Shown here: piece after piece, positions 1 through 7,530 of the stretch
Position numbering within the stretch: the stretch's first letter is position 1
Layout of the letters: every line of letters begins with the position of its first letter
Origin: Gemmatimonadota bacterium
GTDB lineage: Bacteria > Gemmatimonadota > Gemmatimonadetes > Palauibacterales > Palauibacteraceae
Reading direction: 5' to 3'
DNA length: 64,000 nucleotides
NCBI GenBank assembly: GCA_039585235.1
Contig: JBDGWG010000001.1
Coordinates: forward strand, 1,022-65,021
Translations under genes and position numbers: made by a program
Notes under the pieces: generated by a model
Seen by the model: the letters and a program-made list of their open reading frames with translations, nothing else
Told to the model about the DNA's origin: nothing
Database searches by the model: none

Positions 1-622
1 CCGCGTGACAGGTGCCACAGAAGTCGCGCGCGGACGGCTTACCAGGTCGCACCGCTCGCGGCGCTGACTTGTGCTCATCCGGCGCGTCGTGGCACGTGAG
101 GCACGGCAGAGTGGCGTGGTGCGACACCGCCTTCTGGCTTGCGATCTGTCCATGGCACGCCCGGCAGGCACCCGGGATCACGGGAGGCTCAGGCGCATGC
201 GGGTCATGGCACGTCATGCACGGGACGGTCGGGTTGTGGGCCACCGGATCGATCTGCGGAAATCCGGACGGCCGGGAGGCGTCATAGCCGTGGCACAGAG
301 GGCAGAACCCCCTCTCACGGGGAGCAGGCGGTTTCACCGACCCGGGAGCGGCTACGTGGCCGGCCGCCGGCCCGTGACAAACCTCGCACGAAACCCCAGC
401 GTGGTTCGAATCACCTCGTTTCTCGGCGATCGGCCGATGACAAAGAGTACACTCTTCGTGTCCGGCGTACTGGAGTGGGTACGCCGCGATCGTATCGACA
501 GCTGCGGCACGGTAATGGCCCAGTTCGCCGAACGTGTCCGGCACCAGCCTCTGCCGCACCGCCAGGAAGACGACGGCCAGGACGGCGAAGGCGATGCCGA
601 GGCGCGTAACCTGTTGGGGCAT
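1..622 (-). CDS. Multiheme cytochrome c, N-terminal membrane anchor; partial (C-terminus beyond window start)
   Basis: Manual minus-strand translation from ATG at 622: MPQQVTRLGIAFAVLAVVFLAV (TM helix), then seven CXXCH motifs (CTLCH, CEVCH, CPLCH, CMTCH, CRACH, CLTCH, CGTCH) with no stop before position 1. Not in the ORF track because it has no stop in the window. Confidence 0.6.
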   Translation of the reverse strand, partial: MPQQVTRLGIAFAVLAVVFLAVRQRLVPDTFGELGHYRAAAVDTIAAYPLQYAGHEECTLCHRPIAEKRGDSNHAGVSCEVCHGPAAGHVAAPGSVKPPAPRERGFCPLCHGYDASRPSGFPQIDPVAHNPTVPCMTCHDPHAPEPPVIPGACRACHGQIASQKAVSHHATLPCLTCHDAPDEHKSAPRAVRPGKPSARDFCGTCHA

Positions 623-839
623 GGCGCGCTCGTTTGTCTGGAGAGTGCCCCCGCCTCAGGGGCTCAGTTTGTAGCGCGCAACATCGATGCCAGTGTCGGA
701 TTCCCTAACGGATCGCGGCAAATGGCCTTATGCGGGGAAGGTCGGCCACCGCGGCGGTGGGACACATTGAACCGGTAGCTTCCTCGTCGTGGGACAGTCC
801 GTCTCGGCGAAATCGGCCGGTATCCGCCCTACGCACCCC

Positions 840-1937
840 CTACTGGATCGGATTCGCCGTGTATCCCATCACGGTCAGGATGATGATGTAGGCGATCATC
901 GCCAGAGCGATCACGGTCATCAGTCGACTGGCTTCTCCGGGGGCTCTCCTCCTGTCCAGGAAAGGCACGAGCAACAGGAACAGTCCTGCGAGAGCAAAGG
1001 CCATCACGCCCAACATCTCGCCTTCGAGTCCGAGGATGTGCGAAGGAAGCAGCTTGAGCGTGTGGAACATGTACATGAAGTACCACTCGGGCTTGATCCC
1101 GATCGGCGCCGGCGCGAAGGGGTCGGCCTTCTCCCCCAGGTGCGCGGGGAAGAACGCCGCGAGCGCGCCGAGGACCGCCAGGGCGACCAGCCAACCGACG
1201 GCGTCCCGCATGAGGAAACTGGGGACGAACTTCATGGCGCCGCGTTTCGATCCATCCCTCTCGACGTCCGGCGGCACGCTCATGCCGTGTCGTTGGACCA
1301 GGAAGAGGTGCAGCCCGACGAACAGAATGATAACGGCCGGGAGGAGTGCCACGTGGATAGCGTAGAATCGGGTCAGGGTCGCGCCGGTGACGTCCGTGCC
1401 TCCACGTGCCAGGTCCCGCACGAAGCTACCGATCAACGGGACCACTCCCACGATCTCCGTACCCACCTTGGTCGCGAAGTATGCGAGTTCGTTCCACGGA
1501 AGGAGGTAACCCGTGAATCCGAAGGCGAGAGTGAGCACGAACAGGATCACCCCGGTGATCCACGTCAGGTCTCTGGGAGCCCGGTACGCTTTCAGAAGAA
1601 ACACGCTGAACATGTGGATGAGCACGGTGAACACCATCAGGTTCGCCGCCCACGCGTGAATCGACCGGATCAGCCACCCGAACTGTACTTCGGCCATGAG
1701 GAACTGAACGGACTCGTAGGCCTCCTCGGCACTGGGTCTGTAGTAGAAGAGAAGAAGGACGCCCGTGCTCAACTGGATCAGGAAGAGGAAGAGGGTCATG
1801 CCTCCCAGGTAGTACCAGATCGTGTGCCGGTGCAGCGGCACATCCTTCTTTCGGGCCATTTCCGACAGGGGCGCGAGCCCGATACGATCGTCGAGCCAGT
1901 TTCCGAGCTTCTCGTACCAGCGGCTCTTCCCGGTCAT
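840..1937 (-). CDS. petB: Cytochrome b (bc1/b6f-type, full-length ~8 TM)
   Basis: 365 aa with multiple TM helices, conserved His pairs ([19 protein letters not shown]; [16 protein letters not shown]) and the PEWY motif (KPEWYF) typical of cytochrome b. Its start overlaps the stop of the upstream Rieske gene at 1937. Confidence 0.9.
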   Translation of the reverse strand: MTGKSRWYEKLGNWLDDRIGLAPLSEMARKKDVPLHRHTIWYYLGGMTLFLFLIQLSTGVLLLFYYRPSAEEAYESVQFLMAEVQFGWLIRSIHAWAANLMVFTVLIHMFSVFLLKAYRAPRDLTWITGVILFVLTLAFGFTGYLLPWNELAYFATKVGTEIVGVVPLIGSFVRDLARGGTDVTGATLTRFYAIHVALLPAVIILFVGLHLFLVQRHGMSVPPDVERDGSKRGAMKFVPSFLMRDAVGWLVALAVLGALAAFFPAHLGEKADPFAPAPIGIKPEWYFMYMFHTLKLLPSHILGLEGEMLGVMAFALAGLFLLLVPFLDRRRAPGEASRLMTVIALAMIAYIIILTVMGYTANPIQ

Positions 1938-2389
1938 CAGGTCCTCTTGCTCACGACGATCTCGTCACCCCGGACATTGACGTCGAATGCGTCGAGCGGC
2001 CGCGGAGGAGGACCCTGAATGTTGCGTCCCGTCAGATCGAAATGGCCGTTGTGGCACGCGCACCAGATGTGCGAGATGTCGTCACGGAACTGCACGGTGC
2101 AGTCCAGGTGGGTGCACACGGCGGAGAACGCGCGCAACTCACCGGACTCGGTGCGCACCAGGATGCCGGGCTTGTTGCCGAAGCGGAACGCCTTCGCCGA
2201 GTTGAGACCGATCTCGTCCGGGCCGAACGGGAGAGCGACGCTCGAGGCGGACGACTCTCCCGCCTCGGGCGGGATGAGGTAGCGCGTCACGGGATACAGC
2301 ATGGCCACCGCGAAACTCCCGGCGCTGGTTCCCAGCAGCCAGTTCACGAAGGCCCGGCGCGACGACTTTGGCGAATCCGTCCCGGCCAT
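1937..2389 (-). CDS. petA: Rieske [2Fe-2S] iron-sulfur protein with Tat signal
   Basis: Canonical box I CTHLDC and box II CACHNGH. N-terminus [20 protein letters not shown] is a twin-arginine signal/TM anchor. The upstream 144 aa of the listed ORF is R/G-rich low complexity, so the start is taken at the internal ATG, giving about 150 aa. Confidence 0.85.
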   Translation of the reverse strand: MAGTDSPKSSRRAFVNWLLGTSAGSFAVAMLYPVTRYLIPPEAGESSASSVALPFGPDEIGLNSAKAFRFGNKPGILVRTESGELRAFSAVCTHLDCTVQFRDDISHIWCACHNGHFDLTGRNIQGPPPRPLDAFDVNVRGDEIVVSKRT

Positions 2390-2421
2390 GCGATTTCTCC
2401 CGTCTGACTCAGGCTCGCGGC

Positions 2422-3675
2422 TCACGTCGGTCGCTCGATTTCCCGGATCTTGAGCACCAGGCCTACGATCAGTGCTCCGATTATGATCACCGACACCGCG
2501 AGGCCCATACGGCGAATCTGAAGATCCCGGAGAGCCTCGTGCCCGCTGGCCAGGGCCTCCCCCGATATCTCCATTCCCGGCTCCACTGCCTCCCGCACGG
2601 CCTCCACGTCGAAGGCGTGGATCGCCGCCCTCGATTTCACCAGCGCGCTCTGCCCGTCGTTGAGGCTGACCAGTGCCTCGCTCACTTCCATGCCCGAATC
2701 CTCGGCATGGAGCAACACGGCGCGAGCCGTGTCGAGTCCCACCCTCAAGCCATCGATCAGGTTGCGCATCTCGAGTGCCACCGTGCCCCCGGCATCCGCC
2801 TCGCGGTGGCACTTCGAGCACACGGAGGCCTCCCCGACGCCCAGCATCTCGTCTCCCGCCGGCTCCACGTCATGGTTCTGGTGGCAAACGGCGCAGCCGG
2901 GCACCCCCAGCATGGTGAAGGTCTCCGAGTGGTGGCTCTCCTCGAAGTAGTCGGCCATTACGACGTGACACTGCCCGCACACGTTGCCGACCCAGGAAAC
3001 CCCGGGCGGCGCCGCGCCGTGATTCCCGTGGCAGTCGTTGCACGTGGGCGCGGACGTGTCACCCCCCTCACTCATCGTCTCCCAGTGGACGCTGCGTCGG
3101 TATTCCGCGCCCTGGTCCGTCGGGATGCCGTAGGGCTCCATGTGAGCCGGGTCCGAGTGACAGCCCTCGCACGTGTCCGCCACGTTGAGCGGGTGGACCG
3201 CGGAACGGGGGTCCGAGGCCGGACGGATGCCGTGCGCCCCGTGGCAGCTGGCGCACGTGGCGACGGCCGTATCGGCCGCGCCGAGCAGTCGCTGCCCGTG
3301 AACGGATGTGACGTACTCCGCCACCTGGTCGACCCGGAGCGCCGGGTCGTATTGCCGCATGAAACCGGCATTCGAGTGACAGCGGCCGCAAACATCCGGT
3401 ACCTGTTCGGGCGAGGGCCGGCCGATATAGCCCTTCGCCAAGTCCATGGCGGCCGGACCCTGGACGGTGGGGTCACCACCGTGGCAAGCCGCACACCCGA
3501 ATCCCGCCTCCGCGTGCACGTCTTCAGCGAAGGCCGCTGCGGGCTCGCCCAGTCGGCCGGAGAGCATCTCGTGACACGAAATGCAACTGTCCGTTCCCTC
3601 CTGGGCTGCCGAGTGATCCGGCGAGGCCAGAATCGCCACCATCACCAAGGCGATCGCGCCGCTGCGTAGGTTCAT
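2422..3675 (-). CDS. Nonaheme c-type cytochrome with signal peptide and C-terminal TM anchor
   Basis: Nine CXXCH motifs (CISCH, CAACH, CGRCH, CASCH, CEGCH, CNDCH, CGQCH, CAVCH, CSKCH). N-terminal signal AILASPDHSAAQ and C-terminal helix GLAVSVIIIGALIVGLVL. Sits directly upstream of the Rieske/cytochrome b genes, in the position of cytochrome c1. Confidence 0.85.
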   Translation of the reverse strand: MNLRSGAIALVMVAILASPDHSAAQEGTDSCISCHEMLSGRLGEPAAAFAEDVHAEAGFGCAACHGGDPTVQGPAAMDLAKGYIGRPSPEQVPDVCGRCHSNAGFMRQYDPALRVDQVAEYVTSVHGQRLLGAADTAVATCASCHGAHGIRPASDPRSAVHPLNVADTCEGCHSDPAHMEPYGIPTDQGAEYRRSVHWETMSEGGDTSAPTCNDCHGNHGAAPPGVSWVGNVCGQCHVVMADYFEESHHSETFTMLGVPGCAVCHQNHDVEPAGDEMLGVGEASVCSKCHREADAGGTVALEMRNLIDGLRVGLDTARAVLLHAEDSGMEVSEALVSLNDGQSALVKSRAAIHAFDVEAVREAVEPGMEISGEALASGHEALRDLQIRRMGLAVSVIIIGALIVGLVLKIREIERPT

Positions 3676-4889
3676 GGAGCGCTCGCTTGGAAGAAAGCCA
3701 TGAGATCTCCTATCTCACGACCGGTGAACGAAGGCCATTCAGCGCCAGATCTCTCTTCAGCCTCGAACAGGGCGAGGTGGTTCCACAGGGCGGCCGTAAT
3801 GGACGACGGATGATCCAGGCCCGGGATCGACGTCAGTTCGCCCGGGCCGTGGCAGTCCGTGCAACCCTTGCTGTCCATCAGGGTCCGGCCCCTGCTCGCT
3901 CGACCGCCGGCTGAGAAATAGTCCACGGAATACAGATAGGCGACGATGTTGGCGAAGTCCTGCGCCTCCAGGCGGGGGAACTCCAGGTCTCTCGCCCGCA
4001 GGGCCCCCACCATGGCCGGCGCCTTGTTCCACATCAGGGCCACGAATTCGACCAGGCTTGTGCCCCGGCTCAACCCCGCCAGATCGCGCGCGACACGTCC
4101 TCCCGCACCGGGGTCCCCATGGCACTCGGCGCATCTCTTATCCTCGACCACCCGCACCCCCGCGTCGGCATCACCGGGAAGGACGTAGAGGTTCTCGCCC
4201 GGGGTCTCACCGGTCGTGGATCTGAGAAAGGCGATCAGGTCAGTCAGGTCGTGACTGCTCATCACGGGTCGTGAGATGCCTCTGACCTCCGCTGCTTCGA
4301 TCATCGCCGGACCGTGGTTCCACATGGCGGCAGCGATCTCGATCGGCACGCCCCGCGCGCCGACGTGATCCAGAACAGGCCCCACGACTCCACCGACGCC
4401 TCGGACCTGGTGACACAGGATGCAGTTCATCTCGGTGAAGCGACGCTTTCCTCGTTCCGGATCCCCCGGAGTGTCGAAATACCCCAGCGTGTAGAGGTAC
4501 GCGAACAGATCGCCGGCCTCGCGCTCACTCAGGTGGGGTCTCTCGATTCCGAGCTCCGCCATGTGCCGGTTCATGTCCGGCAGGTGGTTCCACAGGGCCG
4601 CGGTGAGTTCCTGGAAGGTCCGGGGGGAGGCGATCGTCCGCAGGTCGGGCCCCAGAGACTGGCCGCTGCCGCTGACCGAGTGGCAGCGGATGCACCCCTT
4701 CTCCCCGAACACTTCGGCACCGGCCACGGCGTTCTGAGTAGGCGCGGGCAGGTCCTGGGCCACCAGAAAGCGCGCGCCCGGCACGGAGCCGGCCGCGAGG
4801 GCCAGAACGACATGCAACAATCGCCATGAGGATCGCGTTGCGCTGTGCACTGTGTCCTGTCTGCGACGATTGTGAGCGTTGCAGGCCAA
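3672..4889 (-). CDS. Four-domain class I cytochrome c (4 x monoheme domains)
   Basis: Four ~95-aa repeats, each with one CXXCH (CIRCH, CILCH, CAECH, CTDCH) followed by a conserved (M/L)WNH/K..P motif, plus an N-terminal signal. Stop/start overlaps the downstream gene by 4 nt. Confidence 0.8.
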   Translation of the reverse strand: MACNAHNRRRQDTVHSATRSSWRLLHVVLALAAGSVPGARFLVAQDLPAPTQNAVAGAEVFGEKGCIRCHSVSGSGQSLGPDLRTIASPRTFQELTAALWNHLPDMNRHMAELGIERPHLSEREAGDLFAYLYTLGYFDTPGDPERGKRRFTEMNCILCHQVRGVGGVVGPVLDHVGARGVPIEIAAAMWNHGPAMIEAAEVRGISRPVMSSHDLTDLIAFLRSTTGETPGENLYVLPGDADAGVRVVEDKRCAECHGDPGAGGRVARDLAGLSRGTSLVEFVALMWNKAPAMVGALRARDLEFPRLEAQDFANIVAYLYSVDYFSAGGRASRGRTLMDSKGCTDCHGPGELTSIPGLDHPSSITAALWNHLALFEAEERSGAEWPSFTGREIGDLMAFFQASAP

Positions 4890-4984
4890 GGGCGACTCTC
4901 AGGCCCGCCCCACGCGCCAACGCGGCGCGGCGGAGCCCCTGCCTATATCAGCGGCCTTCCCCTGCCTCGAAAGGGAGAGCGCGA

Positions 4985-5932
4985 TCAGTATCCGGTGTGG
5001 CAGATAGCGCACGACTGAGTGCTGCGGTCGGCGGCCCGCTCGGGATCGAAGTCCGGTCCGTGCGGATTCACGCGCCAGCCGGCCTTGGCCGAGTGACAGG
5101 CCAGACACTCGGTCTGCTGGTGGCAGGTAGTACAACTCTCCATGCCCTGCCGCGCCGCCACACCGTGCTGTTGAAGCCAGTTCGCTACGCCGTCGTGGTA
5201 CCCCCCGTTCTGGCGCCCGTTCTGCGCGACGCCCTGCGTGGAGTGGCAATCACGGCAGAAGACCTCCCGCGAGTGGCATTCGGCGCACTCCATCGGAGCG
5301 GCCCACGATTCCGCGCTGTGCCGCGTGACGAAGTTCGCCGGATGGTATTGAAAGTCAGAGTTCTTCGGTCCATCGTGACAGTCGACGCAGAACGTCTCCT
5401 TGTGGCATTGCGTGCAATTCGGGAGTCCCGCCGCTGCCGCGGTCGCGTGCTGCGTCTTGAAGTCGGGCGTATGTCCGGGCCCCGGATCGTAGTGACAGGT
5501 CTCGCACGGGTTGATTCCGACCTCGAAGTGGTCGGTCGCGCCGTTACCGTGACAGGCAAGGCATGTGTCACCCGAGGCTGCCTGGACGGCCATATCGCTT
5601 TCCGCCTCAGGGACGCCGTGACAGGTCTGGCACCCGAGCTTGGGGTGCGTGGCATGCTCGAACTTCAGGCCGCTTTCCTGTGGAGTGTATCCCTCCCAGT
5701 CCACCTCGACGACCATCTGACCGTTGTGACAGCCGGCGCACAGCGCCGGGTCCGCCGACACGTTCTGTGCCGCGTCTCCAGAGTAGATGCCCGCGTGGCA
5801 GCTCTCGCACCCGGCAGCTCCAAGCACCGCGTGCTTCTCGTGCGGAAACTCGAACGCTAAATGGGAGGCCGCGAGCAGCGCTCCGGCGCCGACCGTGAGA
5901 ACGAGGGCGCTCAGATAAGCGAGCCGCCTCAT
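4985..5932 (-). CDS. Dodecaheme periplasmic c-type cytochrome (MtrA/OmaB-like heme density)
   Basis: Twelve CXXCH in 315 aa (~26 aa per heme), with a signal peptide (MRRLAYLSALVLTVGAGALLAAS) and no lipobox. Its ATG overlaps the stop of the upstream beta-barrel gene at 5929-5932 (ATGA-type overlap). Confidence 0.85.
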   Translation of the reverse strand: MRRLAYLSALVLTVGAGALLAASHLAFEFPHEKHAVLGAAGCESCHAGIYSGDAAQNVSADPALCAGCHNGQMVVEVDWEGYTPQESGLKFEHATHPKLGCQTCHGVPEAESDMAVQAASGDTCLACHGNGATDHFEVGINPCETCHYDPGPGHTPDFKTQHATAAAAGLPNCTQCHKETFCVDCHDGPKNSDFQYHPANFVTRHSAESWAAPMECAECHSREVFCRDCHSTQGVAQNGRQNGGYHDGVANWLQQHGVAARQGMESCTTCHQQTECLACHSAKAGWRVNPHGPDFDPERAADRSTQSCAICHTGY

Positions 5933-7383
5933 CGGGTACCTCCAGTGTTGAAGCGCCAGCGCAGGCCGACCGTGGCGCGTCCTTCGCTCCAGGTGTCGGC
6001 AAGCGGCCGGTTCTTGTCTTCGATGCGGTAGAAGCCGAGGCTAGCGTCCAGCGTGAGATTCGCCTTGGCGATGTCATAAGCGCCCTCGACCGCGCCGCCC
6101 GTCACATAGCGCTCACCCTCGCGGAACTCGTACAGGGTCTCGGTCGAGGTTCCCCGAAGCGCCACATAGGAGGCGCCGGTCGGTCCGAGATAGCGCCCGA
6201 AGATCAGGTCGCCGCCGTATCGCGAGCCTCCGAATCCTTCTTCGGCCCTGTAGCGCGCGTCCACGTACCACTTGTCCGGGCTCCAGTAGACGCGACCGAA
6301 CCCACGCCAGCCGTCCTTCTTGACGGTCGTGTTGGCTGGACCCGCATTCGTGTCCTCGTACTCGCGGTACGCTCCGCCCGCTTCCACGAGGAGGGGCAGG
6401 TTTCTCGAAGTCCATGTCCCTGAAAGGCGCGCCTCGTTGAACCCGATGGGTGAGAATGCGCTCCAGATGGTCCAGTAATCGAAGAACGGAGTGTAATGAC
6501 GGCCCTGGGCGGCGAACCGGATTCCGAGGACCTGAGGAGTCGTGATTCGAAGCCGCGCGTCATTGATGTTGTCGAACGCGAAGTCGTAGCTCGCGGCGCC
6601 GTCGAACGCCCAGCCACCGACGAGCGCCCGCAGATCGACTGCGGCTCTCTCCGTATACAGGGCCAGGCGGTCCGTGCGAAGTTCCCTCTGGTAGGTCGCT
6701 GATCCCGAAAACACTTTTCCGCCGCGGAAGCCGAGCTCTCCTCCGAACAGCAGGCCGCGCCGGTCGGTGGCCAGGAGGTCCGACTCCGTGTACAGGCTGC
6801 CGTTGCGGGGAGCGTTAACGCCGCGGGCCAGGCTCCAACCGCCATATGCGTCAACCCACAACCAGCCGAGCCCGCGCCAGATGATCGACGCGCCGTCGAA
6901 GTTGTAGTAGCCGAGGCCTGAGGCCCGGTACATCCGTCCGGCTTTCACCTGGTAGGCTGCCCGATTGAAGCTCAGGTAGCCGGTCAGCAGGTCGAATTCC
7001 TGGTCCGTGCGTGGCCACAGCTCGTCGCTCCCGAAGCGCGTGCGCATCTGTCCGTGGAATGACAGGCCCTGCACCCCTGTCCAGCCGGCGAATCGCAGGT
7101 CCTGCGTGAACGGCATGATGTCCTGGCGCTGGCCTTTGTTCTCGTACCAGCGGCAGAAGTCGCCTTCGACGCACGATACTACCGTCCCGTCCGCGAGCTG
7201 GCGCTGGAGACCCGATCCAGAGACGTCTCCCTCGGGAACCGAATCCTGCTCGAACGGCTGGAGCTGCATCCAGCCCCAGTTGAGTCTGACGTCGCCGCGC
7301 ACGCCCTGGGCCTGGGCCTCTGACGGCAGCCACACCACGGCGCACGCGACTAACAAGAAGAACGGCCGGCGATGGACAGTCAT
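5929..7383 (-). CDS. Outer-membrane beta-barrel protein (putative porin partner of multiheme cytochrome)
   Basis: 484 aa with a signal peptide (FFLLVACAVVWLPSEAQAQG). Composition is Gly/Tyr/Trp/Arg-rich with alternating amphipathic strand patterns (YRASGLGYYNFDGASIIWRGLGWLWVDAYGGW) and no hydrophobic helices. Translationally coupled to the dodecaheme cytochrome. Confidence 0.6.
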   Translation of the reverse strand: MTVHRRPFFLLVACAVVWLPSEAQAQGVRGDVRLNWGWMQLQPFEQDSVPEGDVSGSGLQRQLADGTVVSCVEGDFCRWYENKGQRQDIMPFTQDLRFAGWTGVQGLSFHGQMRTRFGSDELWPRTDQEFDLLTGYLSFNRAAYQVKAGRMYRASGLGYYNFDGASIIWRGLGWLWVDAYGGWSLARGVNAPRNGSLYTESDLLATDRRGLLFGGELGFRGGKVFSGSATYQRELRTDRLALYTERAAVDLRALVGGWAFDGAASYDFAFDNINDARLRITTPQVLGIRFAAQGRHYTPFFDYWTIWSAFSPIGFNEARLSGTWTSRNLPLLVEAGGAYREYEDTNAGPANTTVKKDGWRGFGRVYWSPDKWYVDARYRAEEGFGGSRYGGDLIFGRYLGPTGASYVALRGTSTETLYEFREGERYVTGGAVEGAYDIAKANLTLDASLGFYRIEDKNRPLADTWSEGRATVGLRWRFNTGGTR

Positions 7384-7530
7384 GGTCCTGCTCCGACGCG
7401 CTTGAGGTTACCTGTCACGGAGCTTCCTGGACGGCACGATAAACATGGGTGGCCGGGCGAGTCGGATCAAGCCCGCCCCGAGGGTTCCCCGCAGACAGGC
7501 CCGGCCCTTTCGGCCGAGCCTGCCCGGTTC

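Noticed and set aside
395-415. tRNA T-loop-like string gtggttcgaatcacc
   Set aside because: Lies inside the multiheme cytochrome CDS, where it encodes ...SNHAGV.... Flanking sequence cannot form acceptor or T stems, and no other tRNA hallmarks are present.
647-665. Short GCCCC/GGGGC hairpin downstream of the cytochrome b stop
   Set aside because: Only a 5-bp stem with no U-tract on the relevant strand. The downstream multiheme gene at 622 is more likely co-transcribed.
71-778. 235-aa plus-strand ORF (and 12-287, 139-609) at the window start
   Set aside because: Arg/Gly-rich low-complexity translation antisense to a well-supported cytochrome gene with seven CXXCH. Typical GC-frame artefact.
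789-2018. 409-aa plus-strand ORF antisense to cytochrome b/Rieske
   Set aside because: His/Glu/Arg/Asp-rich nonsense composition; it overlaps two strongly supported minus-strand genes.
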